Assembly: GCA_043784785.1 (NCBI GenBank)
Contig: JAYVXY010000132.1
Location: 2,931 to 66,930, forward strand
Source: Aestuariivirga sp.
GTDB taxonomy: Bacteria > Pseudomonadota > Alphaproteobacteria > Rhizobiales > Aestuariivirgaceae
Direction: 5' to 3'
DNA length: 64,000 nt
Position 1 is the first letter of the stretch; every line of letters starts with the position of its first letter. The notes beneath the pieces are model-generated. The model had not been told where the DNA came from. It worked only from the letters and a program-made list of their open reading frames with translations, and did no database searches. The translations under genes and the position numbers were made by a program. Shown here one piece after another: positions 41,993-51,773 of this stretch.

Positions 41993-43119
41993 TGGATCCT
42001 CCCATGATTGGCGTTGTTGGTCTTGGCACGATGGGGCTTGGAATTGCGCAGGTTTATGCACAAGCTGGGTTCGTGGTGTTGGCCACAGATGCGCAAGCGG
42101 TGGCGCGGGCTGCGGCAAAGACGAGATTATCAGACACGCTGGCCGAACGTGTAGCGGCGGGCAAGCTTTCAGCAGATGCGCGCGAAGCTACGATGGCAAA
42201 ACTCACCATCGTTGACGACTTAGAAGCCATGGCCCCTGCTGGATTGGTGATTGAAGCGATTGTCGAAACCTTGGAAGCCAAGCGGACTTTGTTTGCCGCG
42301 CTTGAAAAAATCGTAAGCCCCGATGCGGTGTTGGCCAGTAACACTTCCTCTCTTTCCATTGCTGCAATAGCTGAAGGTCTTTCAGTTCCACCGCGTGTGT
42401 TGGGCTTGCATTTTTTCAATCCGGCCCCGGTCATGAAACTCGTTGAACTGGTGGCCCATGCGGGCACAGGCAGCAGCAGTTTGGCGCGGACACGCAGTGT
42501 AACTGAAGCAGCGGGCAGAACGGTAATTGTTTGTGGTGACCGGCCTGGCTTCATCGTCAATCGCTGTGCGCGGCCATTTTATGGCGAGGCCTTGGCGATG
42601 CTTGAAGAAGGGCGCAAGCCTGCGGATGTCGATGCAGCCATGGTGGCGGCAGGTTATCGCCTGGGGCCGTTTGGGTTGATCGATTTGGTTGGAGCCGATA
42701 TCAATCTGGCAGCAACGCGCGAGCTTTGCGCGGCGATGGGTGGGCATCCGCGTTATCATGTGTTTGATGCGCTCGTGGCGCAAGTTGAAAAAGGCGAGCT
42801 CGGGCGCAAGACTGGTAAAGGTTTTGTGTTTCCGGCAGCGGCAGTTCAAGCGCCTTCTGACGCGCAGGCGATTGCCCTCCGCATTGAGGCGACGTTGGCC
42901 AATGAAGCAGCCAGTCTTTTGGCTGAGGGCAGTGTTGATGAGGCGGGGATCGACACGGCGTTAAAGCTGGGATTGAATTTTCCGCGTGGGCCGTTTCAAT
43001 CGCTGCGCGCCCATGGTCTTGGGCTAATCAAAACCACGCTGGCCGAACTCGAAGACAAAGCACCGCCACATCTTAAAGGGCGCTATATTCTTTCCCCAGA
43101 ATTGGAGGCCATGGCATGA
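41989..43119 (+). CDS. 3-hydroxyacyl-CoA dehydrogenase (PaaH-like, short C-terminal repeat)
   Basis: GLGTMGLG, IEAIVE, SNTSSLSI, GLHFFNPAP, PGFIVNR, GRKTGKGF. Confidence 0.92.
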   Translation: MMDPPMIGVVGLGTMGLGIAQVYAQAGFVVLATDAQAVARAAAKTRLSDTLAERVAAGKLSADAREATMAKLTIVDDLEAMAPAGLVIEAIVETLEAKRTLFAALEKIVSPDAVLASNTSSLSIAAIAEGLSVPPRVLGLHFFNPAPVMKLVELVAHAGTGSSSLARTRSVTEAAGRTVIVCGDRPGFIVNRCARPFYGEALAMLEEGRKPADVDAAMVAAGYRLGPFGLIDLVGADINLAATRELCAAMGGHPRYHVFDALVAQVEKGELGRKTGKGFVFPAAAVQAPSDAQAIALRIEATLANEAASLLAEGSVDEAGIDTALKLGLNFPRGPFQSLRAHGLGLIKTTLAELEDKAPPHLKGRYILSPELEAMA

Positions 43120-44294
43120 CCGATGTATTTATCTGCCGAAGCAAGCGTACAGCAATTGGCAGCCACGCAGGCGCTCTTGCCATGGTGCGGCCCGATGATA
43201 TGGCAGCGCTGGTTATCGATGCGGTTCTGGAAGGTCTCGATCTTCCCATTGACGAGGTGTTTTTCGGTTGTGCCAATCAGGCGGGCGAGGATAATCGCAA
43301 TGTGGCGCGCATGGCGGTACTGTTGTCACGGCTGGATGAAAATGTTCCAGCGCTGACAGTGAACCGGCTTTGCGCCAGTGGGCTTGATGCGGTGATAATT
43401 GGTGCACGCGCTATTGCCAGTGGCGCTGCAGAAGTGGTCGTGGCAGGCGGAGTTGAAAGCATGAGTCGCGCGCCGTTTGTGATGCCAAAGGCCGAGAGCG
43501 CCTTTTCGCGCAAAGCCGAAATTCATGACACCACGATTGGCTGGCGCTTTGCTCATGCGCGAATTGCTGCCACCTATGGCATTGAATCGATGCCGGAGAC
43601 GGCTGAGAATGTGGCGCTTGAATTTTCGATCTCGCGGGTTGATCAGGATGAATACGCTCTGCGCAGCCAGCAGCGTTATGATGCCAGCTGGCATGAGCTT
43701 GATATTGTGCCAGTAACGATCCCTGCCCGCAAAGGGGAACCGGTGATCGTCAAGACGGATGAACATCCCCGCAGCACATCGCTTGCGAAACTGAACGCAT
43801 TGCCAACGCCCTTCCGCAAAGGTGGCTCAGTGACGGCGGGTAATGCTTCGGGTGTAAATGATGGGGCCGCTGCTGTGCTTCTGGCCTCGGCGGCTGCGGT
43901 GAAGCGTTATGGTTTAACTCCGCTGGCCCGCATGGGGGCCTCCGCAAGTGCCGGTGTTGCTCCACGTTTGATGGGCATTGGCCCAATTGCAGCGGTTGGA
44001 AAACTCGGCAAACTTGCGGGGCTTATGCCCAAAGACTTTGACGTGATTGAACTTAATGAGGCTTTTGCAGCGCAAGTGTTGGCCTGCACCCGGGCTTGGG
44101 GTTTGGCGGATGATTCGGCCCATGTGAACGCCAAGGGCGGTGGCATTAGCTTAGGCCATCCGCTTGGCATGTCAGGTGCGCGGATTGCTGGTGCAGCGGC
44201 ACGCAGACTTCATGAAACAGATGGCCGGAATGCCTTGGTGACCATGTGCGTGGGCGTTGGCCAGGGCGTGGCCTTGGCGCTGCACAGGCCTTAA
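43116..44294 (+). CDS. pcaF: 3-oxoadipyl-CoA thiolase (PcaF/PaaJ-like)
   Basis: GCANQAGEDNRNVARM, NRLCASG, IHDTTIGWRF, NEAFA, GHPLGMSG, CVGVGQG. Confidence 0.88.
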   Translation: MTDVFICRSKRTAIGSHAGALAMVRPDDMAALVIDAVLEGLDLPIDEVFFGCANQAGEDNRNVARMAVLLSRLDENVPALTVNRLCASGLDAVIIGARAIASGAAEVVVAGGVESMSRAPFVMPKAESAFSRKAEIHDTTIGWRFAHARIAATYGIESMPETAENVALEFSISRVDQDEYALRSQQRYDASWHELDIVPVTIPARKGEPVIVKTDEHPRSTSLAKLNALPTPFRKGGSVTAGNASGVNDGAAAVLLASAAAVKRYGLTPLARMGASASAGVAPRLMGIGPIAAVGKLGKLAGLMPKDFDVIELNEAFAAQVLACTRAWGLADDSAHVNAKGGGISLGHPLGMSGARIAGAAARRLHETDGRNALVTMCVGVGQGVALALHRP

Positions 44295-45091
44295 GCCTGC
44301 AACCAGTTCTCGTCAGGTTCCGGCAGGGGAATAGCGGCAATGAGAGCTTTGGTGAAATCGCTTTTGGGCGCGCGGAATGTTTCAGCGGTTTCGCCTGCTT
44401 CTACCACTTCACCAGAGCGCATGATGATGATGCGATCACAAATATGACGCACCACGGATAGGTCATGACTGATAAAGGCCAGCGACAAACCAAACTCGGA
44501 GCGAAGGCCCTTGAGCAAATCCAGAACCTGAGCCTGCGTTGAAACATCAAGGCCCGAGACAATTTCGTCGGCCACCACAAAATCTGGTTTCAGCGCAATG
44601 GCGCGGGCTATACCCACACGTTGGCGCTGTCCACCGGAAAGCTGATGTGGATAACGTTGCAATGCCGAGCTGGGCAGGCCAACGCGATCCAAAATAGACG
44701 CGAGTGTCTTTTCCCCAGCTTCAAGTCCATGAAGCTGCATGGCACCCTTTAGTATTCTACCGACAGTGTGGCGCGGGTTGAGCGAGGATTGAGGATCCTG
44801 AAATATCATCTGCATCCGGCGGCGCAGGGGCTTCATTTGGGCATGCGGCAGATGGGTGATGTCTGTGCCGTCAAAACTCAGGTGGCCTTCAGTCGGTTCA
44901 TAGAGCCTGAGAAGCGTGCGGCCCAGCGAGGTTTTGCCTGATCCTGATTCTCCGACTATCCCTACCGTCTCGCCCCGCGCCACGCTGATTGAAACATTTT
45001 TGAGAATGCGCAATGTCCGGCGCTTGCCGAACAACACATGATGGCCCATGTCGGGCACGTCGAGGCACAGGTTTTTGGCTTCAATCAACAT
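44291..45091 (-). CDS. Peptide/nickel-type ABC ATPase (DppF-like)
   Basis: GESGSGKT, FQDPQSSLNP, LSGGQRQR. Confidence 0.93.
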   Translation of the reverse strand: MLIEAKNLCLDVPDMGHHVLFGKRRTLRILKNVSISVARGETVGIVGESGSGKTSLGRTLLRLYEPTEGHLSFDGTDITHLPHAQMKPLRRRMQMIFQDPQSSLNPRHTVGRILKGAMQLHGLEAGEKTLASILDRVGLPSSALQRYPHQLSGGQRQRVGIARAIALKPDFVVADEIVSGLDVSTQAQVLDLLKGLRSEFGLSLAFISHDLSVVRHICDRIIIMRSGEVVEAGETAETFRAPKSDFTKALIAAIPLPEPDENWLQA

Positions 45092-45936
45092 CAGGCCGAA
45101 ATCTCCCGCTTCAATTGTGCGATCAAAGATTCTGGCACCGGTTTCAAACTTTGCTCTGGGCGATCATAGCGCGGGTTGGCCGCGAGCAGGGCCTTGGTAT
45201 AGGCGTGGACGGGATTGCGCAGAACATCAGCAGTGTTGCCCTGCTCCATGACTTTGCCACCATAGAGCACCGTCATGCGATCACAGATTTGTGCGACCAC
45301 GCCTAGGTCATGGGTGACGAAGAGAAGTGTCGTTCCATGATTGCGCTGCAGCTGTCGTATGAGGCGCAGCACTTGTTTTTGCACCGTCACATCAAGTGCT
45401 GTTGTCGGCTCATCGGCGATGATCACTTGCGGGTTAAGCGAAAAGGCTTGGGCGATCAACACACGCTGGCGCATGCCGCCTGAAAGTTCATGCGGATAGC
45501 TTTTTAGAACGCGTTGTGGATCACGGATGTGAACATCGTTCAAAAGGTCCAATGCCCGATCAAAGGCGGCGGCGCGGGTAAGCCCCGCCCGCAGGCGAAG
45601 ACCATCTGTCAATTGGTCACCAATGCGGCGCGAGGGATTGAGGGAGGTCAGCGGGTCTTGCGGGATCAAGGCAATGCGAACGCCCAGCAATTCGCGCCTG
45701 CGCGCCGGGGTAAGGCTGAGGAGGTTTTCATCCTCAAACAGAATTTCGCCATTGGTGATTTGAATGGCATCAGGCAGAATGCCGAGAACCGCTTTGGCGA
45801 TGGTTGACTTTCCCGCACCACTTTCGCCGACCAGTGCCATGGCTTCGCCTGTATTCACGGTGAGTGAAACATCGCGCAAGATCGGGCCGATGCCGGAAGA
45901 GGCCGAGAGGTGGCGGATGTTAATGACCGGGCTCAT
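45091..45936 (-). CDS. Peptide/nickel-type ABC ATPase (DppD-like)
   Basis: GESGAGKS, LSGGMRQR, DEPTTALD; start ATG 45936 overlaps the permease stop. Confidence 0.93.
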   Translation of the reverse strand: MSPVINIRHLSASSGIGPILRDVSLTVNTGEAMALVGESGAGKSTIAKAVLGILPDAIQITNGEILFEDENLLSLTPARRRELLGVRIALIPQDPLTSLNPSRRIGDQLTDGLRLRAGLTRAAAFDRALDLLNDVHIRDPQRVLKSYPHELSGGMRQRVLIAQAFSLNPQVIIADEPTTALDVTVQKQVLRLIRQLQRNHGTTLLFVTHDLGVVAQICDRMTVLYGGKVMEQGNTADVLRNPVHAYTKALLAANPRYDRPEQSLKPVPESLIAQLKREISA

Positions 45937-46748
45937 CGTTTCAACACAGGATCGAGCCATTGGCGCAACCCATCTCCCAACTGATTGAAGGCCAGCACAG
46001 TGAGGAACAAAGCTCCAAGCGGAAAAACCAAAACCCACCACGCTTGATAGATGATCTGCCGTCCCTCGGCGATCATGCCGCCCCAGGTCGGCGTGTCAGT
46101 CGAAACAGAGAGGCCAACGTAAGACAAGATTGCCTCAACAATTACGGCAATGCCCATTTCAAGTGACAAGAGTACCAATACGACAGGCAAGACATTCGGC
46201 AAGATTTCGCGGAACAGAATGGCGCCGCGGCCCATGCCGATGGCCGTTGCGGCTTCGACATATTCGAGCTTGGCCTGTTGTTGAGCCTCAGCGCGGACAA
46301 CGCGGGCAAAGCGGGTCCAGTCAATCACTACAATAGCAACGATGACCGAGTGAAGGCCTGAGCCCAGTACTGCTACGAGCAGAATGGACAGCAACACCGG
46401 CGGAAATGCCATCCAGATATCAATCAGGCGTGAAATAACCACCTCCCACCAGCCGCCTAAATAACCGGCCAGCAGACCCAGCATTGTTCCGAGCAGGCCT
46501 GCCAAAATACTGGCCACGAAGGCCACCGTCAGCGCGATGCGACTTGCATAAATCAGGCGGGACAGCACATCGCGGCCGAGGCTATCGGTTCCAAGATAAT
46601 GGCCGGGCTCCTGCATCGGTGGGGCCGTTGCTGTCAGCAGGTCTTGTTCCAGGGGATTGAAGGGGGCCAGCCAATAGGCAAAAAATGCAGCAATAAGCAA
46701 AACCAAGATGAAGCCGCCACCGAGTGTTATGCGCAAATCCCTAAGCAT
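45933..46748 (-). CDS. Dpp-type ABC permease (DppC-like)
   Basis: HYLGTDSLGRDVLSRL, ARVVRAE, PTWGGMI. Confidence 0.93.
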   Translation of the reverse strand: MLRDLRITLGGGFILVLLIAAFFAYWLAPFNPLEQDLLTATAPPMQEPGHYLGTDSLGRDVLSRLIYASRIALTVAFVASILAGLLGTMLGLLAGYLGGWWEVVISRLIDIWMAFPPVLLSILLVAVLGSGLHSVIVAIVVIDWTRFARVVRAEAQQQAKLEYVEAATAIGMGRGAILFREILPNVLPVVLVLLSLEMGIAVIVEAILSYVGLSVSTDTPTWGGMIAEGRQIIYQAWWVLVFPLGALFLTVLAFNQLGDGLRQWLDPVLKR

Positions 46749-47748
46749 GGCGCAGCCTCGGGTTCAGCCATGCTGTCATGGTATCAACAATCATGTTCAC
46801 CAGAATAAAAAGTGCGCCAAAGGTGAGAACCAAGCCTTGGATCAATGGCAGATCACGGTTGATTACTGCGTCGATGGCAAGGTTGCCAATGCCGGGATAA
46901 GAGAAGATGCGCTCGGTTATGACTGTGCCACCAATCAGGAATGTGAACTGCACTCCGGTCAGCGCCAAGGCAGGCATGGCGGCATTGCGCAAGGCTTCCT
47001 GCAACAGAATACGCAAGTTCGAAAGACCCTTGATGCGCGCCAGCACAATATAGTCCTGTACCATCACATCCATCATCGCATTTTTGAGAACCCGGCCGAT
47101 CACGGCTGCAAGCGGAAACGACATGGTAAGGGCTGGCAACATCATGTGCTTCAACACATCCCAGACAAATCCGAAATGGCCGCGCAGCAGGCCTTCGACA
47201 ATGTAAAATTGGGTATAGAGTTCAGCGTCGATCGAGGGATCGCTGCGCCCCGATATCGGCAGAATTGGCAGAACCACACCAAGCACCAGTACAAAGGTGA
47301 GGCCCCAGATAAAATCTGGCACCGCCAGCATCAGGCCGTTGAAGTTGTCAATGAATTTTTCCAGTGCTGTACCGCGCCAGGCAGTTGAAACAAGAGCGAT
47401 ACATGTGCCCCAGACAACAGCAAGGCAGAGTGCGAAAATCGCCAGTTCAAGTGTTGCCGGCAAGCGCTGGAGAATGACGGTCAGGACATTTTGCTTCAAA
47501 GAAATCGACGTGCCAAAATTGCCCAGCAGCACCTGGCCGAACCATACCAGGAACTGCTGGTAGATTGGCAGATCAAGCCCATAATGGGCGCGAAGGGCTG
47601 CAATGTCTGCGACCGTGGCACCGGGCGAAATCATCATGGCAATGGGATCGCCCGGCACCACGCGCACCAGCACAAACACAATCACCATCACACCCAAAAG
47701 GGTGATGATGGCGGAAACGGCGCGCGAGATGATCAGTTTAATCGACAT
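46741..47748 (-). CDS. Dpp-type ABC permease (DppB-like)
   Basis: PGDP, RLPATLEL, ARIKGL, TERIFSYPGIG, RDLPLIQG. Confidence 0.93.
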   Translation of the reverse strand: MSIKLIISRAVSAIITLLGVMVIVFVLVRVVPGDPIAMMISPGATVADIAALRAHYGLDLPIYQQFLVWFGQVLLGNFGTSISLKQNVLTVILQRLPATLELAIFALCLAVVWGTCIALVSTAWRGTALEKFIDNFNGLMLAVPDFIWGLTFVLVLGVVLPILPISGRSDPSIDAELYTQFYIVEGLLRGHFGFVWDVLKHMMLPALTMSFPLAAVIGRVLKNAMMDVMVQDYIVLARIKGLSNLRILLQEALRNAAMPALALTGVQFTFLIGGTVITERIFSYPGIGNLAIDAVINRDLPLIQGLVLTFGALFILVNMIVDTMTAWLNPRLRHA

Positions 47749-47756
47749 GATAAGTT

Positions 47757-47783
47757 AGCCTCTCCGACAGGGCCGGAGAGGCT
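47757..47783. other. Intercistronic stem-loop after the binding-protein gene (probable mRNA-stabilising or attenuating hairpin)
   Basis: Perfect 10-bp stem AGCCTCTCCG / CGGAGAGGCT with 7-nt loop. Confidence 0.6.
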
Positions 47784-47804
47784 TTTCCTTGCATAGTGTA
47801 TAAG

Positions 47805-49337
47805 TTAGGCCTTCGACATTTCGAAGGGTTCAGGCGAGCCTGCAATGTTTGGCACGACCTTGATCGATTTCTTAAACAGGATCGGCTGTTGGTATTGCAC
47901 CAACGGAATAACATAGCCCTGTTCAGCAATATATTTATCAACGGCTTTCCAGCCAGCGATGCGTTTAGCCTCGTCAGCTTCGCCCCACAACGGGCCGATC
48001 TTGTCATCCAGATCCTTGGCTTTCCAGGCGGAATGCGGACTTGGGCCGAACATGGCAAAGCCTGTGGAAGTTGTTGGATCACCGATGGCGTTGCCCCAGT
48101 TATAGAAGGCGGCTGGAGCAAGCTTGTGAGCAAAGCGCAGCTCATAATGTTTGGCCACTTCGTAAACTTCGATTTCAGCTTCAATGCCCACCTTGCGCCA
48201 CATTCCTACAATGGCCTGCACCATTTCATAATCCTTGGGCTTCAAACCACGTGTGGTTTGGATTTTGAACTTGGCTGGCTTTTCAGTGCTAAAACCAGAA
48301 GCCTTGAGCAGCTCCTTCGCCTTAGCTGGATCATGTGGCACTTTGATTGATGCGTCGAAGGCGGCATATTGTGGCGCTTCGAGGGTATCGATTGGCGTTG
48401 CATAGCCCTTCAAAAGCTTACTGACGATAGCTTTCTTATCGATGGCATAATGGGCGGCGAGACGCACATTCTTGTCATCCATAATTGTGCCATTGGTCAG
48501 GAAGATCATGCCGATGTCAGACACTGGTGTAACCGCGCTGCCAAGACCTTTCTTGGTTTTCAGGCGATCAAATTCTTCGAATGGAACATCGACCGTGACA
48601 TCTGATGAACCCGATTCGATTTCGGCCACGCGGCTTGTGGCATCTGGCACGAATTTGAATATGACGGTGTTGAAGGCTGGCTTTCCGCCCCAATAATTTG
48701 GATTGGCCTTGAGGCGCACAAAGGCGTTGCGTTCAAACTGATCGACCATATAGGGGCCGGTGCCGATGGGTTTGGCTTCAAAGCCTTCAGCTTTGACTTT
48801 TTCATAATAGGCCTTTGGCATTACATAACCAGTGAGGAAAGCCATCCATTTGAATAGGGTTGGCTCAAAAGAAACAACATCAGCGGTGATCTTGTTGCCG
48901 TCCACCTTGAAATTGTTGATTTTGCTCCAGATGAAGGAAATTGGATTGCCACCATCCTTGGCACCAGCGCGCGTCAATGACCAAACTATGTCGTCAGGTG
49001 TCAAGGCCGAACCATCATGCCATTTCACGCCATCGCGCACGGTCATGTGGACTTGCTTCTTGTCGTCGCTCCAACCCCATTCAGTCAGCAGGCCTGGCTG
49101 GAATTCGAGATTTGGCTTTTGGCCGATAAATTGATCAAAGACTGAACGATAGATCGCTTGAATAGTTGGATTCACCGACGATAAGCCGGTCGTTGGATCC
49201 CATGATGGCAGATTAACGTTGAAAGCGATTGTTACGGTGTCGCCTTCTGCCATTGCTGAGCTGATGGTCAGCCCGTTGCCCAAGAACAGGCCAGCGGAAG
49301 CTAGCTTCATGATCTGGCGCCTTGAAAGATTGGTCAT
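47805..49337 (-). CDS. Family-5 ABC solute-binding protein with Tat-type signal
   Basis: MTNLSRRQIMKL twin-arginine leader; VRDGVKWHDG, PIGTGPY; start ATG 49337. Confidence 0.92.
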   Translation of the reverse strand: MTNLSRRQIMKLASAGLFLGNGLTISSAMAEGDTVTIAFNVNLPSWDPTTGLSSVNPTIQAIYRSVFDQFIGQKPNLEFQPGLLTEWGWSDDKKQVHMTVRDGVKWHDGSALTPDDIVWSLTRAGAKDGGNPISFIWSKINNFKVDGNKITADVVSFEPTLFKWMAFLTGYVMPKAYYEKVKAEGFEAKPIGTGPYMVDQFERNAFVRLKANPNYWGGKPAFNTVIFKFVPDATSRVAEIESGSSDVTVDVPFEEFDRLKTKKGLGSAVTPVSDIGMIFLTNGTIMDDKNVRLAAHYAIDKKAIVSKLLKGYATPIDTLEAPQYAAFDASIKVPHDPAKAKELLKASGFSTEKPAKFKIQTTRGLKPKDYEMVQAIVGMWRKVGIEAEIEVYEVAKHYELRFAHKLAPAAFYNWGNAIGDPTTSTGFAMFGPSPHSAWKAKDLDDKIGPLWGEADEAKRIAGWKAVDKYIAEQGYVIPLVQYQQPILFKKSIKVVPNIAGSPEPFEMSKA

Positions 49338-49610
49338 TTGTTTCTCCCTGATTGCCTGCGCTTGGCTCGCGCCGGATTGTTTCACATATCAAACACATTT
49401 TGAGAAACATTCAAGTGCATTTTTTTTGATTTCGTCTGAATATGACGTTGCCCTTACCGAATTTCGTGCGGCACTGCACCATAAGACGGATATTACTTGA
49501 TCAAATGCATAGAATGAGCAAGAGTTTGGTTGGTTTCATTTGCTGTCATTGACGATGGTACAAGACTATTATATGATTTTGCATGTAATTATGAGCACAA
49601 GGTAAGACCC

Positions 49611-51773
49611 ATGGCAGAACGTTCATTCGCGAGAGAAGTGGAAGATTTGAGGCTTGGCGATGGCGATGAATTTCGCGGTGAGGGTATTCTGGCAATTACC
49701 AAGGCGCTGCTGCAATCAGGCGTGAGTTATGTTGGAGGCTATCAGGGTTCTCCCATCTCACATTTGATGGATGTGCTGGCTGATGCTTCTGATTATATGG
49801 CAGAACTTGGTGTGCATTTTGAAACATCTGCTTCGGAAGCCACAGCGGCGGCAATGCTATCAGCATCCGTCATGTATCCCATCAGAGGTGCTGTCACATG
49901 GAAATCAACGGCGGGCACCAATGTAGCCAGTGATGCGTTATCGAACCTCTCATCGGGCGGCGTGAATGGCGGGGCGGTCATCATTATCGGTGAGGACTAT
50001 GGCGAAGGTTCCTCAATTATGCAGGAACGCAGCCATGCCTTTGCGATGAAGTCACAAATCTGGCTGGCTGATCCGCGGCCTGAACTTCCGACCATGGTGC
50101 GCATGGTGGAAAAATCTTTCGAGCTGTCAGAAGCTTCAAACACGCCAGTGATGGTTGAAGTGCGCATTCGGGCCTGCCATGTGCATGGGCGTTTCAAAAC
50201 CAAAGACAATGTGAAGCCGCCCTACACGTTGAAGCAGGCTTTGGAAAACCCGGTGCGCGACATCAATCGCATCGTGTTGCCACCCGCCTCCTTTGTGCAT
50301 GAGAAGCTGAAAATCGAAAAGCGCTGGCCAGCGGCGGTTGAATTTATCAAGGCCAATAGACTGAATGAATTTTTCGGACCAGATACAGGCGATGTCGGCA
50401 TTATCATGCAAGGCGGCATGTATAATGGCGTAATCCGTGGGCTGCAGCAGCTTGGCCTTTCAGATGCTTATGGCAAAAGCAAGGTTCCGCTTTATGTGAT
50501 GAACTTCACCTATCCGATGATCGACGATGAAATCATCACATTCTGCCAAGGCAAAAAGGCGATCGTGATTGTCGAAGAGGGCCAGCCTGAATTTCTCGAG
50601 CAAGCGATCAACACATTACTGCGGCGGCGCGATATTCAAACCCGCATCAGCGGCAAGGATGTGTTTCCGCTGGCTGGTGAATATACAGCACAAGTATTGC
50701 AGAAGGGTTTGCTTGATTTCATTGCAAAACATGCCCCCCGCCTATTGGGCAATCGCCCGCCTTTGCCCGATGCTTCTGCTGTTCTGAACTCTGCTGAAGT
50801 GAAAGCCTTGGCCACCCAAGTTCCGCCGCGGCCACCCGGCTTCTGCACCGGCTGCCCGGAACGTCCAATTTTTGCCGCGATGAAATTGGTCGAGAAGGAA
50901 TTGGGCGAGCATCACATCTCGGCTGATATTGGCTGCCATTTATTTTCCATTTTGCCGCCCTTCAATATTGGGGCCACCACAATGGGCTATGGCTTAGGGC
51001 CCGCTGCTGCATCAGCTTTCAATGTGAAAGCCGATAAGAAGGTGATCTCGGTCATGGGCGATGGTGGGTTTTGGCACAATGGCCTTGCCTCATCCGTTGG
51101 CAACGCCGTGTTCAACAAGCATGATGGCGTGATGTTGATTGTGGATAATTATTATTCAGCGGCAACAGGTGGCCAAGACATCATGTCATCGCGTGCCTTT
51201 AACAAGAAACGCCAAACCAATAATGCCATTACCGATGCCGTAAAAGGCATTGGCGCAAAATGGGTGCGCCAGATTGACCGCACCTATGATGTAGCCAAAA
51301 TGCGCGACACATTGCGCGAAGCACTGACATCTAAAGTGCCTGGCCCCAAGATCATCGTGGCTTCATCCGAATGCATGCTCAATAAGCAACGCCGGGTAAA
51401 GCCGCTTATGGACAAGGCCGAGAAGAATGGTGAGCGCGTGGTGAAGCAGCGCTTTGGTGTGGATGAAGACATTTGCACGGGCGATCATGCCTGCATCAGG
51501 CTTTCCGGTTGCCCTTCACTTTCAGTGAAGAACACCAATGATCCATTGCGCGATGATCCGGTGGCCAGCATTGATAATTCTTGCGTGGCTTGCGGCAATT
51601 GCGGCGATGTGGCTGATGCCGCCATATTATGCCCATCCTTCTACCGCGCCGATATTATTCGCAATGCGAGTGGTTGGGAGCGCTTGAAGATGAATGTGCG
51701 GCGTTCGGTCATCTCATTCTTGCAAAGGCGACGTGAGAGCGGCCGTGTGATGTTTAACCGAGTGAGTGCATGA
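49611..51773 (+). CDS. iorA: Indolepyruvate:ferredoxin oxidoreductase-family alpha subunit (TPP, 4Fe-4S)
   Basis: GYQGSP, FCTGCPERP, DIGCH, TPP motif GDGGFWHNG..DN, C-terminal Cys clusters (CTGDHAC..C; CVACGNC..CP). Confidence 0.92.
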   Translation: MAERSFAREVEDLRLGDGDEFRGEGILAITKALLQSGVSYVGGYQGSPISHLMDVLADASDYMAELGVHFETSASEATAAAMLSASVMYPIRGAVTWKSTAGTNVASDALSNLSSGGVNGGAVIIIGEDYGEGSSIMQERSHAFAMKSQIWLADPRPELPTMVRMVEKSFELSEASNTPVMVEVRIRACHVHGRFKTKDNVKPPYTLKQALENPVRDINRIVLPPASFVHEKLKIEKRWPAAVEFIKANRLNEFFGPDTGDVGIIMQGGMYNGVIRGLQQLGLSDAYGKSKVPLYVMNFTYPMIDDEIITFCQGKKAIVIVEEGQPEFLEQAINTLLRRRDIQTRISGKDVFPLAGEYTAQVLQKGLLDFIAKHAPRLLGNRPPLPDASAVLNSAEVKALATQVPPRPPGFCTGCPERPIFAAMKLVEKELGEHHISADIGCHLFSILPPFNIGATTMGYGLGPAAASAFNVKADKKVISVMGDGGFWHNGLASSVGNAVFNKHDGVMLIVDNYYSAATGGQDIMSSRAFNKKRQTNNAITDAVKGIGAKWVRQIDRTYDVAKMRDTLREALTSKVPGPKIIVASSECMLNKQRRVKPLMDKAEKNGERVVKQRFGVDEDICTGDHACIRLSGCPSLSVKNTNDPLRDDPVASIDNSCVACGNCGDVADAAILCPSFYRADIIRNASGWERLKMNVRRSVISFLQRRRESGRVMFNRVSA